Shown here: positions 28,643 to 41,570 of the stretch, piece by piece
Layout of the letters: each line of letters starts with the position of its first letter
Numbering within the stretch: position 1 is the first letter of the stretch
Assembly (NCBI RefSeq): GCF_004010195.1
Contig: NC_057753.1
Location: 9,261,698-9,312,631 of the forward strand
Source: Chiloscyllium plagiosum
Taxonomy: Eukaryota
Direction of reading: 5' to 3'
Length of the DNA stretch: 50,934 nucleotides
The notes under the pieces: generated by a model
Database searches by the model: none
What the model was told of the DNA's origin: nothing
Seen by the model: only the letters and a program-made list of their open reading frames with translations
Program-made: the position numbers and the translations under genes

Positions 28643-28809
28643 AGGGGACAGGCAGTGGAGTGGAAGTAAAGCCACAAATCAGATCAGCCATGACCTTTCT
28701 GATTGGTCTACTCCTGCTCCTTATTTTTTAGAGATCTTATCTTCTTCCATTTGAAAGCTGCTACTGATCTTTACTATAGTATAACTCTGTGGTTTATTTT
28801 ATTTGAAAG

Positions 28810-28894
28810 GGTCCATGCAGTACAAAACACACTAAACGAGGAAAGAAGCCAACCCTGAAATCAGCGTCTACCGACCTTGGCACAGGTGATGTTG
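28810..28894 (+). CDS. R3HDM2: R3HDM2 penultimate coding exon
   Basis: AG/GT bounded, 85 nt: GPCSTKHTKRGKKPTLKSASTDLGTGDV, with the family motif KSASTDLG. Confidence 0.95.
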
Positions 28895-29474
28895 GTTAGT
28901 ATCTGAACCATTGCAGAAAGTATGTAAATGGGTTAGTTTTCTGGTGAAGGTTTTCCAGGCTGAAAATGTGACTATTAAAAGCTGAATCACTGTTCATGTT
29001 GTAGTGCCTACTGATCATTTGTGGTCCTTATTTGAATAATAGATTTGAATTATCCAGTAATTTCAGTTAAACAATGTAAATGAAACAGCAAAGTAGCAAC
29101 ATTTTGAAAAGAGGTATTAAATATTTTGGTAGGAGTTGACATTTAATGACCTTAGCAAAATCTAGAGACCTGTCCCCCGCTATCTGGCTCTGAACCCTAA
29201 CAGTAATTGTTTCCCCACATATCTCAACATTGAAGTTGTTGACTCTACTAATTTTCTCTGTCTTAACTTTATTCCTCATTGTCTCCCTGTACTGTTCATT
29301 CTTAACCCTATCACGATTAAGTTTACTTGTTAAACTTGTTCACCCACTTGCATAATCAACCTAATTCACTCTGCAATCAACTGTATCCACTTGCTGTACT
29401 ACTTTCCCTATGTCAGTGTTGTCTCAAATTTAACAAACGTACCTTTACTTTCTGCAACAAGGTCATTTATTTAT

Positions 29475-29635
29475 GTTAAAAATCACACAGCACCAGGTTA
29501 TAGTCCGACAGGTTTATTCAGAAGCACTAGCTTTCGGAGCGTTGCTCCTTCCTCGGGTCTGAATAAACCTGTTGGGCTATAACTTGGTGTGATGTTTAAC
29601 TTTGTCCACCCCAGTCCAGCACCAGCACCTCTGCA
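29475..29635. mobile_element. Palindromic Penelope-type element (family 2)
   Basis: Arms GGTTATAGTCCGACAGGTTTATTCAGA / TCTGAATAAACCTGTTGGGCTATAAC. Confidence 0.8.
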
Positions 29636-30514
29636 TCATTTATGTAGATGAGTAACAGAAATGTGAGAATGGTGGTACTCCAACATCTGTATGACACTAC
29701 ACCTTTCCTTGACCCACTCGTGCTTAGATTTTTGAATTTGTATTATTTTAGCAGTAACCTATTTAAAGTAATGGCTTAATAAAGCAAATGTGGCTCAGAC
29801 ATTGTCAAAGGTTTGCTGAAAATCCAAATCTATGTCCATTTTTAATTTATTTCTACCCTTTTGAAGATGTTATAAAAGCTTTGACACAGCAAATCAATCC
29901 GTGCTCATTCTTTCTTGTACAGATACTTTTCTGTGCTAAAGGTTAGGCTGGTTTCCATTACAGTACTCATTAATGATAGCTAATGAATCAGTTACCTGAG
30001 TCAAGTTTATCCCTTTTTTTTCCAGAAGGTACTATGCTTTCTGCAAACCATCATGGGAGCATTTCCGGTACAGGTACCCAGTATTTTTTCCTTAGCTCGA
30101 GCAAGCACCCAATAAATTTCACATTCGCCTCCATCTGTGCACTGTAATGTATAATTTGAAGGCTGGATGGGGTGGCTATAGGGGAAAGTTATGTAAGATT
30201 CATCTCACTTCTTATTCCTAATCTGTGTGTATTTGTGTTGCGTTATTATTGTCTGTCACTTTAACAATCAGTAACCTCACTCTTTTGCTAACTCACTAAA
30301 ATCTGGTTAAATTGGCTCCTTTTAAAACATATTTTGGGACATATCCTCAAAGGAGGGAACCTTTTTAAAGTAGTCTTGTTGTAACCAACCTAGGGGGCAG
30401 GTGAATAAAGAAAGGGAGTCAGTTCATCCCTCCTCAGTTGGTACTGAACAATTTGGAGTATCTGTCTGGAACAATAATAATTTGGGCACCCTAACTTGGG
30501 GTGTGGTCATAACA

Positions 30515-30708
30515 CTTGGAAATATGTCACCATTCCTTCAGTGTCACTGGGTTCAACTCCCAGACAGCCCTCACTAGCCGCACTGTGGATGTCCCTCCAC
30601 CTCAAGGAGTGCGGCGATTCAAGAATGCAGCTTCTCGAGGACATTGAGCAATGGGGAACAAATGCTGGCCCAGGCAGCAACATTCACATCCCACGAAAGA
30701 ACAAAAAA
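30515..30708 (+). mobile_element. LINE 3' tail fragment
   Basis: ACTTGGAAATATGTC..TTCCTTCAGTGTCACTGGGT matches 31990; A-rich end. Confidence 0.7.
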
Positions 30709-31777
30709 ACTTTCAGCGAAAACATGCCATTAAATTGGAAAAGGAGGCATTGGAAGCAGAATGAGAGAAATAAACATTAAAATAAATTTACGGTGAATAT
30801 GTGTTGATTTAAATTGTGTGCAGCCTGTGTGCGGACTGTGGGCTTGTTGCACAACTGTGCTGCTTATTCAGAGTGTTGCTAGTGAGTGCTCCAAACCAAG
30901 ATATGGGGAGCTTTACACAGAAAACTCTTGTGTTCCTCAAGCCACTGAATTGCCTCATAATACCTAAGGGGTACTCAACTGATCTCATGTTATTTCTGCA
31001 AATGACTCCCAGATTGAATGACCCTTTTGTTTTTGGCTCTGCTCACAGAAATGACTTTTATAAATTTGTATTTGTGTAAATGTCTTTAATGGAAAATGGT
31101 TGTACAAGGTATCCCGGTTCAGTTCATTTCTGCATGGCACTGCCAACAGCTGAGCCAAAAGTGCTGTCCCTGCCTCATTGTGGCAAATGGTGTTATATGC
31201 ACTGAAGTGTTATAAACTGTCAAGGCCAACTCTACAATCTTCATTCCACATTTTCCACACATTCCACAACAAAGTGGATCCAAACGAGTTTCTGAAGAAG
31301 TTATACCAGACTTGAAATGTTAGTTGCATTTCTCTCTCCACAAGTGCTGCCTCATCTACTGACTTTGCCCAGTATTCCCTGCTTTTGTAACAAAAGAGGA
31401 TTGTGTAACTTCATAGGTTTTGTGATCTACTCCTTTCATCTGATGAAGATTTCTAAACCTTACATTATTGTTTCAGTTGAGTTCATGTTTGCTATATCAT
31501 CAGTATCTCTGCAGGAGTTGGTATCTGTGGATCTTCAGCGAATAGTCTGGTGCACTATATACAGGGTAGGAAGGAAGTCCTAGTTCCTCTGGGCTATTTA
31601 CTGAAGTTTATAATACAGCGTGGAAAATATCTGTGCAGTGATGTTCAACAAAGTTATTCAGTTTCTCCAGAATACCTCCAGAATTTCCCAGTTAATTTTA
31701 AACTTCTGTTGAAGCCATATTGCGGTTATTTTTTGTTCTGACTGTGATTGTGTTTGTTTATGAATATCCTATTCATG

Positions 31778-32135
31778 CAACCCATCCACCACTTTAGACA
31801 TTCACTCCCTCCCTCACCGACACTCAGTAGCAGCAGTGTGTACCATCTCCAAGATGCACTGCAGCAATTCACCAAAGATTCTTAGGCAACCTCTTCTAAA
31901 CCCATGACCATTACCATCTAGAAGGGTAAGGGCAGCAGATACATGGGAAGACCACCCTGCAGGTTTCCCTCCAAGCCACTTATCATCCTGATTTGGAAAT
32001 ATGTCGCTGTCCCTTCACTGTCACTGGGTCAAGATCCTGGAATTCCCTATCTAAGAGTATTGTGCATCTACCTACAGTATGTGGAATGCAGCGGTTCAAG
32101 AAAGCAGCTCACGACCACCTTCTCAAGAGGCAACG
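31778..32135 (+). mobile_element. LINE (CR1/L2 group) 3' region
   Basis: ACTCCCTCC..CAGTAGCAGCAGTGTGTACCATCT.CAAGATGCACTGCAG; copies at 36925 (+) and 39865 (-). Confidence 0.8.
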
Positions 32136-32338
32136 AATGTTGATCTTGTTATCAGCTCTCGTACCCTAATTTTTTTTGAAAACCTATTTGGAAATTGGAA
32201 CACTATTAGCATTCACTCGTTATCAGCTGCCAGCATCCACTCTGTGTCTTCTGAGGTAATGTACATTCAGGTTCTTTCCATGGAAGTCTGTTCTGTTTTG
32301 GCTTACAGACTCTCAGCTACAGCTCTGTTGTAGACAAT

Positions 32339-32517
32339 TAGGAGAAAGTGAGGATTGCAGACGCTGGAAATCAGAGTCAAAACGTGTGGTGCTGGAAAAG
32401 CACAGCCAGTCAGGCAGCATCAGAGGAGCAGGAGCGTATGCTGGAAATGTTGATTCTCCTGCTCCTCAGATGCTGCCTGACCAGCTGTGCTTTTCCAGCA
32501 CCACACTTTTTGACTCT
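32339..32517. mobile_element. Palindromic Penelope-type element (family 1) with 13-bp target-site duplication
   Basis: TGTTGTAGACAAT at 32326-32338 and 32518-32530; arms GTGTGGTGCTGGAAAAGCACAGC / GCTGTGCTTTTCCAGCACCACAC. Confidence 0.9.
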
Positions 32518-34835
32518 TGTTGTAGACAATATCTATTTGATTTTGGATTCTGGAGTTTGATAGTCCTTGAGACATTATTAAAGTTCCAGCTCAAGTTATT
32601 TCCATGTTTTATTAACAACATTTGGAAATAGTACCATTTTCACTGTGTTCATAAAGTACCAAGTTACTCTGCCTTTTGTACAGTGCAGCTTCAGAAGGCT
32701 GCACAGTTGTGTTTCCCATGGTGGAAAGACACTAGACAAATTGGTTTTGTCAGAGTGGCTAGCTCAGTGAATTGGTTATGTCTTAATGCTACCATAAGCT
32801 TGTGGATGAGGCTCAGGCACGGTCAAAGGCCATTTCCATGGCCTTATTCTGGGCACCTTTTTCATGTTACCGTTGATGGTATTTGTTACGTTGTCACGTT
32901 AATATTAATCCTTATATCTTTACTAAATATTCCTTTTCACAGTTGAGTGCTGCATACAACAATGGAGCTGAATTTGCTGGTAAAATAAAGGCAGGTTAAC
33001 GTGTAAACAACACCACAAGTTGGGGCAAGGAAGTCTTCTTGCCAAATTCCCGAATCCTTCTCTATCATTCCTCGGTTTCATTCTCAATCCTGGAAATTAA
33101 TTGGTCCAGGAGGTAGACTGCTGTTCCTGTCATTTCCCCAGTGATCTCTCTCTGTTACTGGTTCTTAATTCAAGTAATTTGCAGCACAAAAAGAGTAAAA
33201 GGAAAATCAACTGTGGGAAAATGTCCCACTCCAGCACATTCCTTGGAAGATTTATCTTGGCAGTTGTTCTGACACCTCTGAAAAGACTTTTCCCATTCTG
33301 AATTGACAATACTTTGGTGTGTTCTTGTGTGTGTGGAAGACTCTCGTTTTATCTGTTCAATCTAGAATCCTCGGAGTTTACTAAGCTTTGTGTACATGCC
33401 TGTCTGTCTGCTCCTTCCATCTACTTCTGCTGCCATTTCATTGAAGAGAATTGAAGTGCATATATAGAATGAGGACTTGTACAGATTTGAGATTTGCTCA
33501 CTAAAGTTTTGTAGCTCCAGCAATCGGAAAGCAACAGTCAATGCTTAACTTGACATTGGTCAGATAACATTTGCATTTCTTTTCGGAGACGGTGCAATAT
33601 CTAGATAAATGACCATATGAAAGGTCAGTAACCTACCATTCATAGCTATTCTAATGCAAGTTCCTCCCAATTGTAACCAAATCGCTGGCTGATTTGGCAT
33701 TTGCTGATCTACGTTGCCTTGTGAATTGTAAAGTGTGCTGCTGTTAGCTGGTCTGTTTTGGTGAAGAGGGAGACCTGAAAATATGCAGTACCAACAAGTG
33801 ATTGTTCATATGTACTTGAAGCTGTATGGTGTTATCAGGCATAACCCCTGATGAGAATCAATCTTCTCATCTGTTTAGTGTGTTAGTATTTGTTTGTCAG
33901 ACATTAAGAATGAAAAGATGTTCACATTGGTATACAAATAAACGCTCCTGGAAATTAGACAAAAATTTAGCAGCAAATTATACATTCATGCGCATGTCTT
34001 CTGTGCTCATTCCAGCAATGCAGTGGAACATCAGTCTGCCAGGTATGTTTTGTTCAGCGTTTTTGTCAATATTTATGCTGCTAGTTATGTTGTAAGATAG
34101 GTATTGAGCAGCAGGGACAGCTAATTTGCAATGGTTTCACACTGTCCAACTAAAGTTTGCATGCACAAACATGGGATTGATTTTCAAATGTTGACTTGTC
34201 ATGCAAAAGGGATGTCAGGTGACAGTGTGCACTGGGGCTTTCATTGCTCCTCTAGAGAGGGGAGACTCGACAGCCCATAACAGAAAGCTGAGCGATAGAA
34301 TAGTTGTTCTTTTTGAAGTTGTGTTATCAGCCGATTAAGTTATTCAGAGTGTAGTATGCCACTTACCATGATTAAAGGAAGGTACATCTATTCCTATTGC
34401 TCAGCCCAAATGGTTTGCAGCCACTCTGGAGCTGTGCAACATTCAGGCTGGTTTGACCAATCTTAACTGTGCTTCATGTTTTAAATGAGTTTCTGCTCTT
34501 CAGCGATTTGTGGTATTTGTATAACAAGAATAATTTTTATTTGTATTTTCAGCTTGCACCATGACAATTTAGGTTCTCAAATTCTCATGAATAGGACTAC
34601 ATCGATGAATGATTTTATACAGAACTTCATTATGGCAGTTTCATTCTCGATCTATCTTGTGTGAATAGGGCGAGCTGTTTTAAATTGGAGTCCAGCTGTA
34701 TTACAATAAAGCTGAGCAGGATTCACAATGAATCATCTGTGAACTTAACTTCTGTTTGACACACTGGTGGGTAGTGACTGACTGAAATGGATGTCTCTTG
34801 GAACTACTTAGCATGTTTTCCTTTCTTTGTTTCAG

Positions 34836-35176
34836 TTGTCGGGCGAATTTTGGAGGTAACAGATCTTCCTGAAGGAATCACTCGCACTGAAGCAGACAAA
34901 CTTTTCAGTCAACTTTCAATGTCTGGTGCCAAAATCCAGTGGCTGAAAGACTCTCAGCAACGCAGCAGTGGCTCTGGGGACTGTAACAGAGCGACCGAGA
35001 ACTCAAAGAATGCCAGTGATCTAGCTGCACTTTATACTATAGTTGCCGTGTTCCCCTCAACCATGGCAGCTCAAAATGCAACTATCAGACTGAATAATTC
35101 AACAAACAGGTTTAAACTGCGAACAGCCAAGAGGAGCTATGATCTTCGCATTCTAGAAAGAGCCAGTTCCCAGTAG
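34836..35176 (+). CDS. R3HDM2: R3HDM2 terminal coding exon
   Basis: Acceptor TTTCAG ending at 34835; (V)VGRILEVTDLPEGITRTEADKLFSQLSMSGAKIQWLKD...YDLRILERASSQ* closely matches the recalled R3HDM2 C-terminus. Confidence 0.97.
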
Positions 35177-35560
35177 CCAATGGATATCTGAAAAGCCTTT
35201 TTTCTTCTCTCCTTTTGAATGACTGTATTGGCTTTGTTTTAAGTCAGCATTGTTCCTGTAGTGTATTGTTTTGTCCAAATATCACTTTAGACATAATTAA
35301 GGAAAGTTAGTGATCAGTTGGAAAAAAAAAGTTTGTTTTTCCCTCCCAAACTCCTGTTTTACACAGCCACACAACCCATGTGTATTCTTTCTGTTATAAT
35401 TGTGCAAACGTATTCGAAGCTTATTTAAGTGACTCAAGCAGTTGACTGTGTATAGTCACGACAAATTTTATTTAACCTGTTTTTTTGATTTTAAATATAA
35501 AAGTTTGTCTGCCAGTCCAGACTCTCAATATCTTCTTTGTTTTAAATTGTATTTTATTTG
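35177..35560 (+). other. R3HDM2: Probable R3HDM2 3' UTR (U-rich; end uncertain)
   Basis: Repeat-free T-rich sequence after the stop; no canonical AATAAA seen, only variants (AATATA/TATAAA near 35495). Confidence 0.6.
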
Positions 35561-35809
35561 CAAGGTGACACTGCTTGGCCCGACAGAAGAGGAATCTGAC
35601 GTTTTGGAAACTATCTAAAGGAAATAAGATGCAGCAATTTGCACTCAGGTCATCACCTTTAGTATAAAAAAAACACAGCAAGGCATTCCATGGTGGACAT
35701 GGGTAGGGAGAGAAATGACCAAAAATTGGTTGAGAAGATGACTTGGTGTCGGGGGAGTTTAGGCAAAGAGTTTCAGGAAGTCAAGCCAAGGTTCTCCCAG
35801 CAGTAGCTT

Positions 35810-36165
35810 AGATTCGATTCCCTACAGTGTGGAAACAGGCCCTTCGGCCCAACCAGTCCACACCCACCCAGACCCATTTCTCTCTGATTAATGCACCTAA
35901 CTCTACAGGCAATTTAGCATGACCAATTCACCTTGACCTGCACATCTTTGGACTGTGGGAGGAAACCAGAGCACCCGGAGGAAACCTACGCAGACCCAGG
36001 GAGAATGTGCAAACTCCACACAGACAGTCACCCAAGGCTAGAATCGAACCCGGGTCCCTGGCGCTGTGAGGCAACAGTGCTAACCACTGAGCCACCGTGC
36101 CGCCCCAATCGAACCCGGGTCCCTGGCGCTGTGAGGCAACAGTGCTAACCACTGAGCCACCATGC
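35810..36165 (-). mobile_element. V-domain SINE with duplicated tRNA-derived head
   Basis: Head repeated at 36042-36106 and 36107-36165. Confidence 0.92.
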
Positions 36166-36924
36166 GTGGGACAAAGGAAGAGAGCACTGCATACAAAAGA
36201 CAGGGACAGACTCAGAGGTCCAGTGAGTGTACGAGAGTACTCAAGGCTGGATGGGTTGCAGACATAAAAGCTAGAGCAAAGCTGTGAAAGAATTTGAAAG
36301 ATGAGATTAAATTAAGGCATGAGAGCAAGATTCCAATGTAGGCTATGAAGGATTAAATGATGGGCAGGAGGAATTTGCTGTAAGATATGGATCATGTGAT
36401 TTTGGCCAGTTTTGGATGGTGGAGGATAGCTGAGGTTGGGGTGTAAGTAGATTAGCACCCCTGATAGGGGATAGGATCTGGGATTTGATTTCAATACAGA
36501 TTTGAATAGGATGACCACATCTTGCAAGTCCAGCAGCACGTGATTGGAGTGTATGTCAGGAATCAAAGCCTTGGCTTAGATCTTGCTATATTCAGTTCAT
36601 GGAAGTTGTTAATTATCCATGAGAGGACAGCACAAGACCTGATGGTCCCAGTGGTGGTTGTGGTATTGAAAGGACAGGTGAGGAGGAAGAGCTGGAGTTG
36701 TAGCATGTTCAGGACTTGCTCCCCACCCTTCCTGCAGATGATGAGACGAAGAGGCAGCTTTGTGGTGAGGAAGGGACAGATGATGGATCGTTGATTTGAA
36801 GAGAGAATGGCCCAGCAAGCAGAAAGAGAAACTATTACTAATGATTATTTTTAGACAGGGTTGGGAACTTGCTTCAGCAGTAAATATGCTGTGGTGTGGT
36901 GAGGAGGGATAATGCACCACCTTA

Positions 36925-37292
36925 AACACTCACTCCCTCCACCACAGGCATACAGTGGCAGCAGTTATACCATCTGCAAGATATACTGCAGTAACTCACC
37001 AAATCTCCTTTAACAATACTTTCTAAACTTGTGACTTTACCACTCAAAAAGGGCAAGGGTGCCACGTGCATGGAAACACCATCACCTGAAGTTTCCCTCC
37101 AAATCACGCACCATTCTGACTTGGAAATCTATTGCCTTTTCTTTATTGTTGCTACTTTAACCCCCACCCACTCACCCCCAACCCCAAGACTGCAGCGGCT
37201 CAAGAAGGCAGCTCACCACCACCTTCTCAAGGGTAACAAGGGACAGGCAATAAGGTTGGCTCCGCCAGTGATGCCCATGTCCCAAGAGTGAA
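36925..37292 (+). mobile_element. LINE 3' end including tail
   Basis: Same family as 31778; CAGCGGCTCAAGAAGGCAGCTCACCACCACCTTCTCAAGGG. Confidence 0.8.
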
Positions 37293-38434
37293 TGTTCAAG
37301 AGTCATGATCACAGGATGGTATTCAGGACTTCAATTAGAGGCTATCTTCGTGTAGCAATAAGAAGGGTTGATGTCCAATAGGATCAATTCACCACGGTAG
37401 CTTCATTTGCAGCGTAAGACCAACGCAGGTGATATATCATTCTTACAGAAAGTGGGACATTAATATGACGTATTGACTGCATTCATGTAACGTGCGCCCC
37501 TGAATGAAACGTTTGCCTCCAGTCCCAAGCAGGTTTACCTGGTAAATATCAGTGGCTCTGCTGACAATCCAATTTGTACCTGAAGTTGACAGGGCATTTA
37601 TAAACAAATGTTCGCATTGCATTTCCTGTTGAAAAGTGGAAGTAGGTGTTCAAACACACAGGCACTGCCATGATCAGATTCCTCTCATTGTCAGGAGTTG
37701 AGCAGACCTGCCAACTCTCCTGTATTTACCTGGAATCTCCACTCATCTGAAGATCACCACCTTGCACCTATGGAAGGCCCAATTATCCACAATGCAAAGT
37801 GGCATCTGCAATAATAATTGTGTTATCTAGATGTAACACAAATGAGATATGAGGATTCTGTTTACTTGAAGATTTCTGGTGTCTTTCTTCACAGCTAAAC
37901 TGATACATACAGTAGAGTCATGTCCAGGTACAGCCTCTTCCTCAGGTGTTGCAGTGCATGTTGAACTCTTAAATGATTTGCATGTTGAACTCTTAAAAAG
38001 AAATCACTCCAAACATGATGACATTCCCTTTGTTTTCCAGAGCTAACTCGTGTATGATATAAATGAAAACATATAATCATTGAGTAATAGCAACATTAGT
38101 TACTCACAGATGGGGATTGTAACATTTAACAAGTATCAATCATTTCAGCAGTTTGACACCTCTTCCAGCTCTTGAAGAAAAGCAAAATATCACAGATGCT
38201 GAAAATGTGAAGCATAGAATTCTGGGGAAACTCAGTATCTATTTCCACAAATGCTGCCAGACCTGCTGAGTTTCTCCAGTGTTCTGTGGTAACCTTCTGG
38301 AAAGGTGAATTTCACCCTTGGCTGTTCTTGGCCTGCAGACATGTCATCAGTACCGGTGACTGTCGTCCTGACAATCCATCACACTGTCATCATCTGGGTG
38401 TGTTCTTTCATGTTTGGTGCACACAATTGACATT

Positions 38435-38651
38435 ACATTCAGTTCTCCTAGAACATGTGTTTCTTCAATGCGAATTGGCTTTAACGCGATCAAAGAATTT
38501 AGACTGTTATTTGTAGAATGAGAACTTACTAATATTGGCTATAACGCGATTCCAGTCCCATTTGTTTAAGTGGCATTGCTGTTGCCCAATTTTCTTATAA
38601 CGCAAAATTGCACGAGAACAGGACTATCGCGTTATATCAGAATTGACTGTA
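38435..38651. mobile_element. Tigger/pogo-like MITE
   Basis: Right end CGCGTTATATCAGAATTGACTG|TA; degenerate left end TA|CATTCAGTTCTCCTAGAAC; internal repeats of TAACGC. Confidence 0.6.
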
Positions 38652-38829
38652 AGCACTTACCTCAACTGGCATCTGTTTCCTCCTGAGCATTGCTGCATTA
38701 GGTGTTGTGATTTCATAAGAGCAGGACTTGCTGAGCACACTGGGACCCTCTGCTTGGAAGCAGATTCCCCTGTAATGTGTGTGACCCAGCCATTTTGTCC
38801 TCGGCGTATTTGGGGTAGTTACTCAACTG

Positions 38830-39860
38830 TATGCACCACCTTCATTACCTCCCTTGTTTGTCGAGACAGATGACCTGCATCTCGGAGAATTAGGATGGTG
38901 TTCTCTTGGCAAGATCATTCTCATTTGAACTTCCAAACATGATCTCTGCTGGCAATATGGACTTAATGGTGTGAACCATTTGTTTGGAGAGACCATTTGT
39001 GGTGAGAGTGACAGAGGTGTCTCTCTCCACTTGGTACACGTTCCTGAGAGCCCTTTGTCGGAAATGATTCCATCAGGTGCACCAAACAGATTGAATATGA
39101 CGCTCAATGTGTCTGCCGTGGACATGCTTGAAATGTTCTTTCGCTGTCTGACGACTGGAAAATGGAGAAGCAATCCGCAACTGAGGTGAAATTGTCTACT
39201 TTCACTGTAAATAGGTGGGTGGCAACTTTGGAGCAAGGGACTCACAAAAATCTCATATTGGCTGGTTCTCGTATGTTGCTGTGGCTGGTGAGTCTACCAT
39301 GTCCTCAGTAACATTTATACATCGCAGGTCCTTGCTAACGTTTCATCTAATCCCTGGCCACTAGACCATAACATGTGGCAGTCATCATGCCCATATGCCC
39401 TTGGTACAGCTGTGATAGGATGTCCTGACAGAGGACTTTAGGAACAAGCATTTGTTTTTCTTTGAAGGTGGGTAACTGCCAAGATACTGACCTCTGTAAG
39501 ACCAAGTGTATCAGGCACCTCTTTTATCATCTCAAGTCCACTTTCAAAAATCACTTTTCCACCGTGCCTCCTGGTGTGGGGCATTAGCTGTTTCGGATTG
39601 AATATGGTCACATTCACTGCCCAAAATGTAGTAAATCGATTTTTTGAGCACATCTTCCACCTCGGTATCCAATGCTGTCAACTTGTAGATCCCAGTGGAA
39701 CATCTGCATCCTTATTCAGGATTAGCCACTGCTCAATGTATCTTGAGGCGACCAGTTTTGTACCAGGGTTTCAGCAGACATCTGAACCATATCCCTGTAC
39801 TTTAAAAGTTGCTGTGGCCTTGGTGGAGTGTGTGACAGTGGCTTGTAGCACATCGTTTCC
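38830..39860 (-). mobile_element. Decayed Ty3/Gypsy pol fragment (RNase H to integrase)
   Basis: Minus-strand pieces ILSQLYQGHMG, VIFNLFGAPDGIISDKG and PAEIMFG resemble integrase motifs. Confidence 0.75.
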
Positions 39861-39864
39861 AACG

Positions 39865-40020
39865 GTTTGAGGGTTTGGAAGGTGCTGTCTGAGGATCTTT
39901 GATGAATGTCTGCAGTGTGTCTTGTAGATGGTACACACTGCTGCTACTGAGGATGGTGGTGGAGGGAGTGGATGTTTGTGGATGTGGGGCCAATCAAGCG
40001 GGGGCTGCTTTGGTTCATGC
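39865..40020 (-). mobile_element. LINE 3' fragment (family of 31778)
   Basis: Minus ORF SVAAVCTIYKTHCRHSSKILRQHLPNP. Confidence 0.8.
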
Positions 40021-40319
40021 CACATACATAAGCATTAAACAACTCGGCATAGAGATTGCTCCCTTTTGGGTCACAGCTATAGTGTCAGTACTGTTTGCTG
40101 CATCCAATGCTTGCAGAGACTGTTGACCCACTGCAATGACTTTGTATTATCAATGACTTGGATTTCTCATTTCCCCCGGGGGGAGGGAAGGCAGGGTCTT
40201 TTTGGAATGCTTTCAACAGGGGTTGGAGCAATCGCTAATTCTGTTCTCCACTCGGACAACTCACCTTCTGAAAAGATGTGTTTATTTCCCTTGTTACAAC
40301 GTCTATGAACTTAGCAATC

Positions 40320-41570
40320 AGGGGTAGGTCACACAGCCCATCGAACGTATTCTGCCATTCAAGATGATCATGGCTGATCTGGTTATTCCACATTCCACCA
40401 ACTCCCAATATTCCTTGTTTTAAGACAAATCTTTGTTCTGCCTTAAAGATATTCAAGGTGTCTGCTTCCACCACCTTTTCAGGAAGAAAAGTCCAAAGAC
40501 TCACCAGCCTCAGAGAGAGTCTGTTTTAAACGGGAGAGCCCTTGTTCTAGATTCTCCAACAAAGGGAAACATCCTTTCCACACGCACCCTGTCATAACCC
40601 CCTCAGGAGTTTGTGTGCCTCCGTAAAGTTGGCACATACTCTCCTAACCTCCAGGGGATACAAGCTGAATCTGCCTTCCCTCAGAGCACAAACCACCCCA
40701 TTCCAGTATTAATCTGGTCAACCTTCTCTGAACTCTTCCATTGCATTTACCTTATTTAAATAAGGAGACCAATACTGTACACAGTATTCCAGATGTGATC
40801 TCATCAGTGCCCTGTGTAATTGAAGCATAACCTCCCTTCGCAATAAATGGTAACACTCTATTCACTGTCCTAACTATTTGCTGTCCTAACCGTCTGTGAT
40901 CTATGCACTAGGGCATCAGTTCCCTCTGTATCTCAGAGCCCTGTAACCTATCACTGTTTAGATTTTTTTTTTATTCTTTCTGCTAAAATGGACAATTTTG
41001 CATTGTTTCCCCACATTATACTCTTATTTGCCAGGTCTTTGCCCACTCTCATATTCTGTTGATTTCTTTCTGTAGCCTCCTTATGGAGCTTTCACAAATC
41101 ACTTTCCTACTTTTTGTGTTGTCTGCAAATCTAGCTCCCATACCATCAATCCCTTCATCCAAGTTATGGATAGAAATTGTAAACAGTTGAGGTCCCAGCA
41201 CTGACCCCTTTGGTACGTTGCTCATTCCAATTTGCCAACCTGAAAAGTACCCACTTATTCCAACTCCCTGTTTCTTGTTAGCCAGCAAATCTTCTCTCCA
41301 TGCCAATGAGCTGCCCATGATACCATCAGTGTTTATTTTATTCCAATAATATTGGATATGGCACTTTATCAAATGCTTTCTGGATATCTAAATCCAGTAC
41401 ATCCACCTGGTTCCCTTTATCCACAATATCATACTCCCTCAAAGATTGGTCCCAATAGGATTGCCTCTTTCCCCAATCCATCTTAACTCTGCCTGATTAC
41501 CTTGCATTTATCTTAATATTCTGCTATATTGTCTTAAATAAAAGCTTGTAACATTTTCCATCTGACAGAC
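40320..41570 (-). mobile_element. CR1 LINE RT and 3' end
   Basis: SNVPKGSVLGPQLFTISIHNLDEG..RFADNTK; LWTFLPEKVVEADTLNIFKAE. Confidence 0.92.

Larger units (their letters stand above)
26985..28725 (+). mobile_element. Internally deleted CR1 LINE: ORF1 esterase remnant, RT and 3' tail, interrupted by three insertions
   Basis: VLIGDSTV, CLPG and IHVGTN resemble ORF1 SGNH motifs; VTSGTHR (decayed VTSGVPQG), FTICVNDL, KFASDTKLGG, QLxKDLVRPHL belong to ORF2. Confidence 0.85.

Noticed and set aside
14985..34835. Intronic miR-128, as hosted by the paralogues R3HDM1 and ARPP21
   Set aside because: I did not find TCACAGTGAACCGGTCTCTTT or its hairpin by eye; it could lie in an intron outside this contig.
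34787..34835. N-terminus MDVSWNYLACFPFFVS of the 129-aa ORF
   Set aside because: It is intron sequence (pyrimidine tract and acceptor); the exon starts at 34836.
37955..37997. Direct repeat TGCATGTTGAACTCTTAAA x2 (also short repeats near 20442 and 26922)
   Set aside because: Ordinary slippage-type micro-duplications.
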